Source: an uncultured virus (IMG/VR IMGVR_UViG_3300021256_000060) (taxonomy: Duplodnaviria; Heunggongvirae; Uroviricota; Caudoviricetes). From it: DNA of 64,000 nucleotides. The notes under the pieces are model-generated. The model saw nothing but the letters and a program-made list of their open reading frames with translations. It had not been told where the DNA came from and made no database searches. Below, one piece after another: positions 1 to 9,453 of the stretch. The translations under genes and the position numbers were made by a program. The DNA is taken from the IMG/VR virus record IMGVR_UViG_3300021256_000060; one strand, written 5' to 3'. How positions within the stretch are numbered: the first letter of the stretch is position 1; the number at the start of each line of letters is the position of its first letter.

Positions 1-40
1 TATTAAATTGAGGCTGTAGATGTTCTTCCTTTATTAGCAT
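1..40 (-). CDS. N-terminal fragment of another head-protein paralog (runs off the window)
   Basis: ATG at 40 reads MLIKEEHLQPQFN, the same MLIK(E) start as the paralog array; GGATG SD-like site upstream. Confidence 0.7.
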   Translation of the reverse strand, partial: MLIKEEHLQPQFN

Positions 41-56
41 TCTTATCACATCCTTC

Positions 57-92
57 AAAAATAAATAGGGAGGGAAACTAATCCCTCCCTTA
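57..92 (-). terminator. intrinsic terminator
   Basis: 9-bp stem agggaggga/tccctccct followed by a T-tract on the minus strand, just after the stop at 130. Confidence 0.8.
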
Positions 93-129
93 TATCTATG
101 TGTGAATTTGAATGAATGAAGAAACTTTA

Positions 130-909
130 TCAACCTAATTTGTTAGCTCCACGCTGCATAGCTTGCAACAGCTTGTCGATTACAGTCATAAGAGCATGTC
201 CAGCTTTCTTGATTGCAGAAGCGATCTTAGCATCTTTTTCCCATTTTGCTTTTGTCATCCATTTAGAATAGATCTTGCGCAATGAAGCAATCTTCTTGGC
301 AATAACATTTCTCGGACGATCTTTGAACTTATTATAGATGCCTTTGATTCGATCGATTTCAAATTTACCATTAGCATTAAGGTTATGAATCGGAGCAGTA
401 ACGCCATGAGTCTGGAAAGATTTCTTCATAGCACCAGCACTCCACTTAACATCGTCTTTTATATCCCCGATAATTCCTTCATCAAGAACTGCTTCGAGAA
501 CACTTTCGTCACCAGATTCTAGATAAGCATCTGTTACTGCTTCGCAGAATTGATAGATCATATCATTCTCACTGATAGGAGCTACGACTATATTAGTCAT
601 TTCATGTACCAGAGACGGATCCTCAATAAGATCAGCTTCATTGACTGCAATGGTCATCTTTTCTGCGTCTACACCGCTAGCTTCAGCAACAGCAACTACT
701 GCATCCATATAAGATTCACAATGATCTTCAGCTAATCGAGCAATGTCAGAAAACCGAACCATTGTATAACCTTCGCCAAAACGACTCATTTCACGAACAG
801 GTACAGTTACAGGCTGCATAGCAGATTCATTCTCATCGAGAAACGTTGCTTCAGTAAGCATGGAAATCGGGTCCAGCTTACTCTGCAACTGTGATTCTTT
901 AATAAGCAT
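130..909 (-). CDS. putative internal head protein, paralog family (acidic prodomain + basic amphipathic C-terminus)
   Basis: Start moved to MLIKESQL (GAGGTG SD); prodomain nearly identical to 2420..3283; candidate cleavage site VLDE-G. Confidence 0.6.
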   Translation of the reverse strand: MLIKESQLQSKLDPISMLTEATFLDENESAMQPVTVPVREMSRFGEGYTMVRFSDIARLAEDHCESYMDAVVAVAEASGVDAEKMTIAVNEADLIEDPSLVHEMTNIVVAPISENDMIYQFCEAVTDAYLESGDESVLEAVLDEGIIGDIKDDVKWSAGAMKKSFQTHGVTAPIHNLNANGKFEIDRIKGIYNKFKDRPRNVIAKKIASLRKIYSKWMTKAKWEKDAKIASAIKKAGHALMTVIDKLLQAMQRGANKLG

Positions 910-929
910 ATATAACACCTCTTTACTTA

Positions 930-2351
930 TCAACCTGCTTTATTCTGCAGATAACCCATCAGTTTATCAATAACGGCAAGAATATTAGCTGCAACCTTTT
1001 TCATCTTTGCAACAACTCCAGAATCATTGGAGGAGCGTGCTTTGTTCATGAAGTTGGTGTAGATCTTACGAAGAGCAGCAATACGTTTACCGATAACAGA
1101 CTTCGGCTGATTCTTATACTTCTTGTACGCATACCATGCACCACCAGCAAGAGCTGCACCTCCGGCAGCAGCTGCACCATACTTGAGCAAGTTGCTCGAT
1201 CCAGAAGCTTTTTTATCAATAGTACCAGAGTTAGAAGCTGCAGCTACAAGAGGAGCATCTGGGCTACTAGCAACTTTGCTAGCAACATTTTCTGTAGAGT
1301 TCTTACCCTCTTCTGCTTTCTTATCTGCCCAAGCTTCCCAGTCAGACTGGTTTTCGCTGCCTTTAGCAGCTCCCCAATTCTGGGATTTCGGCAAACGATG
1401 AGAAGCCTTAGGTTGTTCTTTACGAGCCTCAGCTTCTTCTCGTTTCTTTTCATCCATCTTAGCGAAAGCAGCGCGATTGGTTTCTACCTTTTCTTTAACT
1501 TCTTTATCAATACCATCCTGCGGTACTGATTTCTTAGGATTCTGAATCAGATGATTAGCGATTCTCTCGTTACCTTTCTTACGAGATTTTTCACTGTCAT
1601 TCATCGGAGTAGCCTGAATATTGTTCTGGTCGAAATAACTACGAACATTCATATTTCCGACTTTTGCCTTAGGCTGACCAGTTTTATTTTGAACAGTAAA
1701 TGATGCACGCCCTTTACCTTTAGGTGCAGACGGCGCTCCTTTTTGGCGAGCCGTATACAATCCAGGCATACCCATAGAGCGTAGTTCTTTATCACGCTCT
1801 TCGGTTTTTGCTTTAACCTCAGAAGGTTCTGGCATATTTTGGCCAATCTTTTCTGCTTCTTCTTTAGATTTACCCATCAGAAGAGCAGCCTTCTTACCAG
1901 CAATCTTACGCGGTTTAGCACTTTCCAGCATAATATCCAGAAGATCATCAAAGTTTCCAGATTCTAAACAGAATTCGATTGCATTTAAACAATGCTGGAA
2001 TTCTTCATTCTCTTCAGTAATAGGACGAACGATCATATGATCTGCATCAAACAGATCAGATTCAGAAATAACCGTACCTTCATCCATGACCATAGTCATA
2101 TCTTCCAGACTAAGATCATTCGCTTCTGCGATAGAGCAAATTGCATCTATATATGAAATATTAGCAGACTCGGCTAAACTGGTTATATCTTCCCAATTTA
2201 TTAAAGAAGTTCCCAGGCTGCTATTTTCTACTACAGGAATTTCGTTTGGATGAATGTTGATTTCATCTGGAGATAGATAAACAGCTTCGTTCAGCATGCT
2301 GATGATATCAACATCATTTCCTGACCTAAGCTGAGCTTCTGTAATCAGCAT
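930..2351 (-). CDS. putative internal head protein paralog with long charged insert and Gly/Ala hydrophobic segment
   Basis: MLITEAQL start, shared prodomain, site MLE-S, AAAGGAALAGGAWYAY segment, shared C-terminal KIAxLRKIY...IDKL helices. Confidence 0.6.
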   Translation of the reverse strand: MLITEAQLRSGNDVDIISMLNEAVYLSPDEINIHPNEIPVVENSSLGTSLINWEDITSLAESANISYIDAICSIAEANDLSLEDMTMVMDEGTVISESDLFDADHMIVRPITEENEEFQHCLNAIEFCLESGNFDDLLDIMLESAKPRKIAGKKAALLMGKSKEEAEKIGQNMPEPSEVKAKTEERDKELRSMGMPGLYTARQKGAPSAPKGKGRASFTVQNKTGQPKAKVGNMNVRSYFDQNNIQATPMNDSEKSRKKGNERIANHLIQNPKKSVPQDGIDKEVKEKVETNRAAFAKMDEKKREEAEARKEQPKASHRLPKSQNWGAAKGSENQSDWEAWADKKAEEGKNSTENVASKVASSPDAPLVAAASNSGTIDKKASGSSNLLKYGAAAAGGAALAGGAWYAYKKYKNQPKSVIGKRIAALRKIYTNFMNKARSSNDSGVVAKMKKVAANILAVIDKLMGYLQNKAG

Positions 2352-2371
2352 ATTGATTCCTCCCTACATAA

Positions 2372-2402
2372 ATAGGGAGAGGTCTATAGACCACTCCCTA
2401 TA
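2372..2402 (-). terminator. stem-loop between paralog genes
   Basis: atagggagaggtc/gaccactccctat inverted repeat. Confidence 0.6.
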
Positions 2403-2419
2403 GATTATTTATATAATGA

Positions 2420-3283
2420 TCAACCAGCAGCTTTCTGCAACTTAGCCATCAGCTGATCGATAATAGCCATCAATTTGCCAGCAGCAGCTTTGATACGACC
2501 AGCTACAGAAGCATCAGCATTCTGAGCTTTCTTCATCCATTTTGCATATATGTTGCGAAGAGAAGCGATCTTCTGGCCAATCCAAGATTTAGGTTTACCA
2601 TTAGCTTTCTTCAGAGCAGCAGCACCAACTGCAAGAGCAGTAGCAAGGCCTCCAGCGGCAGCAACAGTACCCTTATTTTTGCTTACAGCATTTGCTACAC
2701 CTGCTGCAACCTGACCAGCTTTTCCAGCCAAAGTATTCGGCTTACGAACATCTTCATTCTCTTGATCGATGAATTTCTTATCAGCACCATCACGATAATC
2801 TGAAGCAAGTCCTTCACAGAATGCCTCAAAATCAGAATCTTCTACAAGAGCTGCTTCAAGCATAGCATCTACTTCAGCCGTATCATCCATATTAGCCCAT
2901 GCATCAATGCACTCAGACACATAACGATATGCCAAGCTGTTTTCGCTAATAGGAGCTACAACGATGTTGGTCATTTCGTCCAACAGGGACGGATCAACAA
3001 TCAGGTCAGCTTCGTCAACAGCGATAGTCATTTTATCTACGTCAACTTCGCTAGCCTCAGCAATAGCAGCTACTGCATCCATATAAGAAACCTGGCTGTC
3101 TTCGGCCAGACGTTCTACATCTGCAAAGCGAACCATTGTTACACCTTCACCAAGACGGCTCATTTCACGAACCGGAATGGTTACAGGCTGAACTCTGGAT
3201 TCTTCTTCACTAAGAAACGTTGCTTCAGCCAGCATGGACATCGGATCCAGCCGACTCTGCAACTGTGATTCTTTAATCAACAT
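2420..3283 (-). CDS. putative internal head protein paralog
   Basis: MLIKESQL start with GGAGG SD; site FCE-G; hydrophobic AAAGGLATALAVGAAA; shared C-terminal helices. Confidence 0.6.
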   Translation of the reverse strand: MLIKESQLQSRLDPMSMLAEATFLSEEESRVQPVTIPVREMSRLGEGVTMVRFADVERLAEDSQVSYMDAVAAIAEASEVDVDKMTIAVDEADLIVDPSLLDEMTNIVVAPISENSLAYRYVSECIDAWANMDDTAEVDAMLEAALVEDSDFEAFCEGLASDYRDGADKKFIDQENEDVRKPNTLAGKAGQVAAGVANAVSKNKGTVAAAGGLATALAVGAAALKKANGKPKSWIGQKIASLRNIYAKWMKKAQNADASVAGRIKAAAGKLMAIIDQLMAKLQKAAG

Positions 3284-3312
3284 GATTAGTTCCTCCATTC
3301 ATTCATTATTTA

Positions 3313-4110
3313 TTAAGCAAACTTGGATTTAATTGTCTTACTAGCCTTCTTCAGCTGCTTAGACAGGAATTCAATAGCCTGTTTGATCTTAGCAATAACT
3401 TTATTGAATACCTTTTTATAGGCAGGTTCGCCTTTGATACGACTAGCCAGCTTGTCAGCCAAGCTACGGAAAGCACTGATCTTCTTAGAGATCCAGTTAG
3501 CAGATTTGCTACCAGCCTGCTTCATTACATTAGCAATCCGGTTACCAATCTCTTCTGCTTTCTTACCAGCTTTACCAGCCTTTTCTTTTACGACTTTAGT
3601 GACTTCAGCTTCGTTAAAGAAAGTATCGAAGTCATCATTTACGAATGCTTCCAACAATGCATCCGTACCTGCCGTATCTCCAGCAGATTCGCCCATGATC
3701 ATATAATCAGTTACGGTTTCTGCCATAATGCTAGCCATGTCGTTCTCGCTAACCGGAACTGCATATACAGTAGCACCGGCTTCGATGAGGCCACGAACAG
3801 TGTCCTCCATATTTACATCTTCCAGTACATGAACCTCATCTACTGAGAAGACTACGGAACTCGGTTGGATATCACTAGCTTCGCAGATCTGTCTCAGAGC
3901 GTAGCCACCATCGCTAATACCATTAGCCATGGAGTATTCCAGAAGATCTTCCAGACGTACTACATTCTTACCCAGACGTGCATTCTCCCGTACCGGAACC
4001 AGTTCAGGATAATAACGGGATTCAGACTCACTCAGATAGCTACTATTTTCCAGCAATTGTAGAGCTTCATCAATTGCGTTAGATTTCATTTGTTCTGCTT
4101 TGATCAGCAT
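3313..4110 (-). CDS. putative internal head protein paralog
   Basis: MLIKAEQ start, VPVREN..LG motif, site FNE-A, Lys-rich amphipathic C-terminus. Confidence 0.6.
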   Translation of the reverse strand: MLIKAEQMKSNAIDEALQLLENSSYLSESESRYYPELVPVRENARLGKNVVRLEDLLEYSMANGISDGGYALRQICEASDIQPSSVVFSVDEVHVLEDVNMEDTVRGLIEAGATVYAVPVSENDMASIMAETVTDYMIMGESAGDTAGTDALLEAFVNDDFDTFFNEAEVTKVVKEKAGKAGKKAEEIGNRIANVMKQAGSKSANWISKKISAFRSLADKLASRIKGEPAYKKVFNKVIAKIKQAIEFLSKQLKKASKTIKSKFA

Positions 4111-4169
4111 GACCTACTCCTCCTTCTTTATAGCATTAACAGCACTTAGCCATTATTTAGATGTATCTC

Positions 4170-4727
4170 TTAACCCTCATCAGCTACTGGCTTTACTTTG
4201 AATACATCAGCATTGGAATCATGCTTGTTAATACCATTGTGGACGGTCTTAGGATCTGGGTCACCACCTGCAGTCTTAGCTGCAAGAATAGAAGGAACGT
4301 TAACTTTGCTGGTTTCTGGATCTTCACCATCACCTACAAAGTTACTGTCACTCTTCTGGAATTGGTTTACTGGAATCTTGTGCAGCAAACCATCTGCTTT
4401 TGCTATACCAGTGGATACACCCTGACCGCAGTTGCAGTTGTCTTTCCCACAGGCACATTCCTCATTCAATTTAAAGAAAGGCATCTTTGCTTCCTCCTTT
4501 ATGTTTTCTTCTTCATTAGAATTGTTATTTCCACGACTTAATTTCTGACGATAGCTTTCCGGTATTTCCCCATTCTTTATGAAGTCTCTAGCTATCCTAT
4601 CCATATTGGATTTGGGTCCTTGGTCTTCATGCCTCTTATCGTACAGTAAACTGGCTATGGTGAACTTACCGTTAGTGGCGCGGTCAATAACGTCCTCCGA
4701 TAAAGAGAATAAGTTTGGGTGTCTCAT
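4170..4727 (-). CDS. hypothetical protein with CxCGxxxCxC motif and internal in-frame start at 4484
   Basis: ORF with GAGG SD; second GGAGG SD before internal MPFFKLNEE. Confidence 0.6.
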   Translation of the reverse strand: MRHPNLFSLSEDVIDRATNGKFTIASLLYDKRHEDQGPKSNMDRIARDFIKNGEIPESYRQKLSRGNNNSNEEENIKEEAKMPFFKLNEECACGKDNCNCGQGVSTGIAKADGLLHKIPVNQFQKSDSNFVGDGEDPETSKVNVPSILAAKTAGGDPDPKTVHNGINKHDSNADVFKVKPVADEG

Positions 4728-4738
4728 ATTATACTACC

Positions 4739-5044
4739 TCATTTCTTAATTAAAGAACCAGTAGTATTCGTAGGACTATTCGGGATTTGTCTTTTTATAA
4801 GAGAAGTCTGCATTTGTTTCTGACCAGCACTAGAAGGATTACCAGCAAACCCTTTAGCTCCTACAGCCTTAGCAAAGTTGTTAACTTTGGTCTGTGCCCT
4901 ATTAGCTGCATTGGTTACTGATCTACCAGCATCTCGTACTCTGTTAACGATTCCGCTTACAGCACTAGATGCATTTCCTAGATTAGTCTGAACACGATTC
5001 TTCACATCATCAAGAAATCCCTCTTGAAAGGTAACGTATCTCAT
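4739..5044 (-). CDS. small basic putative head protein with short propeptide
   Basis: Start moved to MRYVTFQE-GFLD (GAGGG SD); remainder basic. Confidence 0.55.
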   Translation of the reverse strand: MRYVTFQEGFLDDVKNRVQTNLGNASSAVSGIVNRVRDAGRSVTNAANRAQTKVNNFAKAVGAKGFAGNPSSAGQKQMQTSLIKRQIPNSPTNTTGSLIKK

Positions 5045-5057
5045 GATGGTACCCTCA

Positions 5058-5903
5058 TTACATGTAATCATATTTACCGGCAATGATATCTTTGATACGC
5101 TGTACACCAGCCTGATAAGGATCGAGATTAGCAGATTCTTCTACTGCTTCATCTTCGTCTTCTTCCTCATCATCGTCGTCATCCTTTTCTTTGGACTTCT
5201 TAGATTTCTTCTCATCCTTATCGTCGTCCTTATCTTCGCAATCCTTGCATTTCTTATCTTTCTTTTCGGGTTCTTCTTCATGGATTACATCCTGATCTGT
5301 ACCCTTCTTCAGCTCTACATCTTCTTCAGATGCTTGTTTAGCTGCTTCCAGGAACCCTTCCTGCTTGTAGTTCTTCTTTACAAGAGGCAGGCCATATCGA
5401 CCAGTGATAAGATCCAAGAGTTGTTTGGTGTTAGCTACACGACGAATCTTAGCGAAATCTTTCTGATCATTACCGAAAATAGGTTTGCCCAAACCAGGTT
5501 CAGGATTAGCAACACTACCATCAGTATTATGACCTAGGTCTTCCATCTCATCTAAGATTGATGCTTCGTCTACTACGATAGCAACGTCATAGAAACGATC
5601 AGCAACATCGTTAGCTTCCAGTATATTACTAATAGCCGTCTTTACATTGACGACACCATTAGTCAACATATAACGACTGAGATCTTCCATCTCAATCAAA
5701 AGACGACCCAATCGGTCGCTCTGACGAACAACAACCATATCAGGACTAAAACGCATTTCCTGCTCGTTAAGAGAAGGCATATTCGTCAGCATCTGAGCTA
5801 CATCTTCCAAGAGAGTACGATCAGCTGTCTCTGGCAGAGTAAGACCAGACTCATTAATAGCCATTTCGGAAAGGGTCTGTATAGCTGATTTAAACAGTGA
5901 CAT
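5058..5903 (-). CDS. putative head protein paralog with acidic/lysine low-complexity tail
   Basis: VVVRQSDRLG..LIEMEDL and AIVVDE motifs shared with the prodomain; D/E/K-rich C-terminus. Confidence 0.55.
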   Translation of the reverse strand: MSLFKSAIQTLSEMAINESGLTLPETADRTLLEDVAQMLTNMPSLNEQEMRFSPDMVVVRQSDRLGRLLIEMEDLSRYMLTNGVVNVKTAISNILEANDVADRFYDVAIVVDEASILDEMEDLGHNTDGSVANPEPGLGKPIFGNDQKDFAKIRRVANTKQLLDLITGRYGLPLVKKNYKQEGFLEAAKQASEEDVELKKGTDQDVIHEEEPEKKDKKCKDCEDKDDDKDEKKSKKSKEKDDDDDEEEDEDEAVEESANLDPYQAGVQRIKDIIAGKYDYM

Positions 5904-5905
5904 TA

Positions 5906-6817
5906 TTACCCCTCCTTAGAGAATTTGCTCTTGATTTTGTCAATACCACTAGTAATACCATTCTTCACTTTGGAAGCCTGGTTACTAACAGCATCTGCAG
6001 CTTTGCCACCCATCTCCTTAGCACTCTTAGCAGCACCAGAGATCTTCTTACTAGCACTATCCTTCAAATCGAATAGTTTGGATTTAAGTGATTTAGCCAT
6101 AGCTTTCAGCTTATCCATTTGACGAACAATCAGAGCTTTTGCACTAGCCGGAGCTTTCTTGGCTTCAGCCGCCTTAGCAGCAAGTGCCTTACGAACACTA
6201 GCCAGTTTCTTTGATACTACAGATACAGCTCCTGACACTTTGTTTTTGGCTACACCATATGCACCAGATACTTTATCCTTAGCATAGTCATAACCAGAGG
6301 ATACCTTTCCTTTAGCGGCATTAAATCCACTAGAGAGCTTATCCTTAGCATCAGTGATGATGGACTCGTTCAAATAGTTCAAGCAATTTACACTCTCATC
6401 AAGAGTAGCATATTCCTGATCCATTTCAAGAGCTTCCATCAAAGAGCTGTAATACAAGCTATCACTAGAAATACGAGCAACGTGACAGGGAAATCCAGCT
6501 TCGGCTAATTGAGTAAATGTATCAGCCAATTCATCATCAGCAATGATATTTTCTTCATTAGCTACAAAGCCCAAGTTATCCCGAGGAACACTATTAGCTT
6601 CACATACTCTATGGATAGCAAGTCCAGCATCTTCGATGCCATAACACTGAGCAAAACCTAAGAATGATTCCAGCTGAATGAGATCTTGACCAAGACGAGA
6701 ATTATGGCGTACATTTACCATACTCGGGTCAAAAGCACTCTCACTCAGACTAAGATGGTCTATGCTGTCGAGGAGAGCAGTTGCTTCTCCCAACAGCTGA
6801 TTCTGCTTAATCAGCAT
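5906..6817 (-). CDS. putative internal head protein paralog with 11-aa amphipathic repeats
   Basis: MLIKQNQL start, site LNE-S, AKDKLSSGFNA/AKGKVSSGYDY/AKDKVSGAYGV repeats. Confidence 0.6.
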   Translation of the reverse strand: MLIKQNQLLGEATALLDSIDHLSLSESAFDPSMVNVRHNSRLGQDLIQLESFLGFAQCYGIEDAGLAIHRVCEANSVPRDNLGFVANEENIIADDELADTFTQLAEAGFPCHVARISSDSLYYSSLMEALEMDQEYATLDESVNCLNYLNESIITDAKDKLSSGFNAAKGKVSSGYDYAKDKVSGAYGVAKNKVSGAVSVVSKKLASVRKALAAKAAEAKKAPASAKALIVRQMDKLKAMAKSLKSKLFDLKDSASKKISGAAKSAKEMGGKAADAVSNQASKVKNGITSGIDKIKSKFSKEG

Positions 6818-6869
6818 TTTTCATAACTCCTTCCATTATGGTATTAGCTGAACACAGTAGTTCAGCCAT

Positions 6870-6881
6870 TATAGGTTTGTC
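6870..6881 (-). promoter_or_regulatory. putative late promoter NACA-N6-TA
   Basis: GACA-aaccta-TA upstream of 6817; motif recurs in many intergenic regions. Confidence 0.55.
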
Positions 6882-6901
6882 AAGTAAGTTAATTAATTCC
6901 A

Positions 6902-7108
6902 TTAAGATCTAGATTGATTTATTGCCCTTTGCCGTTCATCAACTAGTTTAGCGATATGGGGAGGAACGTCCTTCTCATTCACTTCCGTAGTTGTTTTGTA
7001 TATATTCATTTTCGGCTTACCAAGAAGCTTGTTAGTGGAATTAGTAACAGTAGATTTCAGTTTATCCATGAATCCCTCATTGAAATTTTGTGGTTTAAAG
7101 AACGGCAT
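6902..7108 (-). CDS. small putative head protein with short propeptide
   Basis: MPFFKPQNFNE-GFMD start. Confidence 0.5.
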   Translation of the reverse strand: MPFFKPQNFNEGFMDKLKSTVTNSTNKLLGKPKMNIYKTTTEVNEKDVPPHIAKLVDERQRAINQSRS

Positions 7109-7113
7109 ATCAT

Positions 7114-7680
7114 TCACCACCATTTACTATTATTGGCTACATAGTCTACATTTTTATTCATCAACCATATATAATCTCTCTTGGCTTGAGAAGAACCAGC
7201 CTCTCTATCATTCCAAGCGTCGACTACAGTATCTCTCAGGTCTTTGAATTTCTTTACTAACCAAGCAATGGCCTGTTTAATAGTATAAATCACAGTGGCA
7301 ATGAATCCACCCTCTTCAGCCCTAGCTCTTGCTCTCCTACTTTCCATTTCCTCTAATTTATCTCTTAGAGCACGGAATAGTACTTTAGCAGATCTAGGTT
7401 CTTTAACGAGTTTCCCAGCAGTATATTTGGTGATACCCAATGCAGCACCAATAGCAGTAATTCCCTCATCATCAGCAGATTCATTCAAGTGATTTAATGG
7501 GAACGTGGTATTCTTAATATCCTTAGCAATAATTTGGATATCATCTAGAGTACCACATTCTCCAAGGATAAATTCAGCCATCTTATATTGGAAAATATCA
7601 CTTTCTATATATGCTTCTAAATTATTAGAAAACTCATTAACCATTTCATTTTCTTGAGGGGTATTATCATTAATCAGCAT
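7114..7680 (-). CDS. putative head protein paralog (short prodomain)
   Basis: MLIN start, site LNE-S, C-terminal GFIATVIYTIKQAIAWL helix shared with paralogs. Confidence 0.55.
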   Translation of the reverse strand: MLINDNTPQENEMVNEFSNNLEAYIESDIFQYKMAEFILGECGTLDDIQIIAKDIKNTTFPLNHLNESADDEGITAIGAALGITKYTAGKLVKEPRSAKVLFRALRDKLEEMESRRARARAEEGGFIATVIYTIKQAIAWLVKKFKDLRDTVVDAWNDREAGSSQAKRDYIWLMNKNVDYVANNSKWW

Positions 7681-7694
7681 GATTATCCCTCCAT

Positions 7695-8621
7695 TTATTT
7701 TCTGATACCTCTTAGCTTATTCATAATGGCTTCTTTGAGTCTATTAAGTGCATCTAATCCCTTTTGGAACAGACTCTTCTTATTTTGGTCATAATCTCCA
7801 CTAGCCAGTTTTCTGCCGAAGAAACTAATCTTCTGACTAACCTGGTCAAGCATATCTCTTAGTTTGTCTGCAACAGCTCCAGCTCCACCATTTGCCAGAT
7901 CACCAACAGTACCAGCAAGAGATTTCTTCATACCATTAACAAAGTCACCAACTGCTTCCAAACCCTCACCACCAACACCATGAGCTTGAGCAAAGTTTTG
8001 GATAGCCTGAGTTGGAGCAAAGCTATCCAGTCTACGTCTAGCAGCACCTTCACCAGCAGATTTTACACCGCTGCTTAATGCGTTTTTAACAGAGTTAGCG
8101 CCTACTGCTAATGCACCCATAGCCGTATCTTTTGCGCCTTGATTGATTCCTCTTTTAACTCCTGAGAAAAAGTCTCCAAGACCTTCATTAACAATAGCAT
8201 CAATAGCTTCACTATTATCAGTTTCTACTGCTTCTTGCAACTTATCTCCAAAGGCTTTTACAAGAGGATTCTGACTAACAACTGGATATACTTCCTTGCC
8301 TTCTGTAATAAGAGATCTATATAAATCATATACCTCTTCATTCAGATAAACAGTGCTAGGACGAATGGAGTAGCAAATATTTGCTTCACAAATTCTATTC
8401 ATCTCAGATACTTTCTCAATCAATTCGTTAAAACCAATATTATTCGCATGACAGAATCGATATCCTTCTTCTACACTGATCATATACTGATCACAATTAG
8501 GTCTCTCATAAATCTTAAATAAGCTAAGCTGTTCAGTTTCAGAATCTGCTCCTTCATCAATAGGAAGATAGCTCATCTCTTCTAGAACAGACTTAGTATT
8601 CTCTCTAGTATTAAATAGCAT
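7695..8621 (-). CDS. putative head protein paralog
   Basis: acidic N-half with ICEAN motif, site VNE-G, Gly/Ala/Lys-rich C-half. Confidence 0.55.
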   Translation of the reverse strand: MLFNTRENTKSVLEEMSYLPIDEGADSETEQLSLFKIYERPNCDQYMISVEEGYRFCHANNIGFNELIEKVSEMNRICEANICYSIRPSTVYLNEEVYDLYRSLITEGKEVYPVVSQNPLVKAFGDKLQEAVETDNSEAIDAIVNEGLGDFFSGVKRGINQGAKDTAMGALAVGANSVKNALSSGVKSAGEGAARRRLDSFAPTQAIQNFAQAHGVGGEGLEAVGDFVNGMKKSLAGTVGDLANGGAGAVADKLRDMLDQVSQKISFFGRKLASGDYDQNKKSLFQKGLDALNRLKEAIMNKLRGIRK

Positions 8622-8661
8622 ATTGATTCAACCTCCTTTATAATTACTCTCATGTCTTCCA

Positions 8662-9453
8662 TCATCTATTTAGCATACTATGCAATTTATCAGTCAACTT
8701 TCTTATAGCAGCCTTTATCTTCCATAGTATCTTACCAATTATTCCCTTATTCTCCCAGTGCTCCCTTTCAGCCCGTTCATACTTTGATTCATACTCTGCT
8801 TTTTTGCCAGCTAGTACTCTTAGCTTCTTAATTAACTCTGATCTCTGCCATCTTGGCTTTTTAGCATCATTATCAGCAACATGATCGGCTATCTTCTTTC
8901 CTACATAAAGAGTTCCTAATAGAGCAGCACCTTGTTTAGCTGTTCTTTTTAGATTATCCTTTGCTTCTCTTTTTGCTTGGTTAATCTGTTTAGGAACCTC
9001 ACTTCTAATAGCACTGGTTATTCCATGAACAAAACCATTCTTCAAATCTTCCATATCACTTTCGTTTATGAATTGATCAAAGAGAGTAAAGTCTTGGTAT
9101 TGTTCATAGAATGATATAGCATCCTCTATAAGTTTAGTATGATGCTTGGTATTTAGGGGACGTATAGACACCTTGGTATTCTTAATATACTTCTTTTTAT
9201 TTCTTAGATAATGAGGATTGTTTATTAGCCTAACCTCATCAACTATAACTCCTAGTTTAGATGGATCTACATGATAATGGCTATATATTAGGCCCTCTTT
9301 ACCAGACTCTACTAAAGAGATATAATCATCTAAAAAAATATAGACGGTACCATCAAGAGATTCTATTAATCTAGCTTCTTCAATAGTCATATCTCTATAT
9401 TGTATTCTAGGAAGAGAATCTAATACGCTGGGCTGATCTACAAACTTAATCAT
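8662..9453 (-). CDS. putative head protein paralog
   Basis: site INE-S, hydrophobic GAALLGTLYVG, C-terminal GIIGKILWKIKAAIRKL. Confidence 0.55.
   Translation of the reverse strand: MIKFVDQPSVLDSLPRIQYRDMTIEEARLIESLDGTVYIFLDDYISLVESGKEGLIYSHYHVDPSKLGVIVDEVRLINNPHYLRNKKKYIKNTKVSIRPLNTKHHTKLIEDAISFYEQYQDFTLFDQFINESDMEDLKNGFVHGITSAIRSEVPKQINQAKREAKDNLKRTAKQGAALLGTLYVGKKIADHVADNDAKKPRWQRSELIKKLRVLAGKKAEYESKYERAEREHWENKGIIGKILWKIKAAIRKLTDKLHSMLNR

Noticed and set aside
1244..1846. Nested minus-strand ORFs in alternative frames (also 31424, 35811, 54838, 59203, 59782, 61220)
   Set aside because: Short, no RBS, mostly inside well-supported genes
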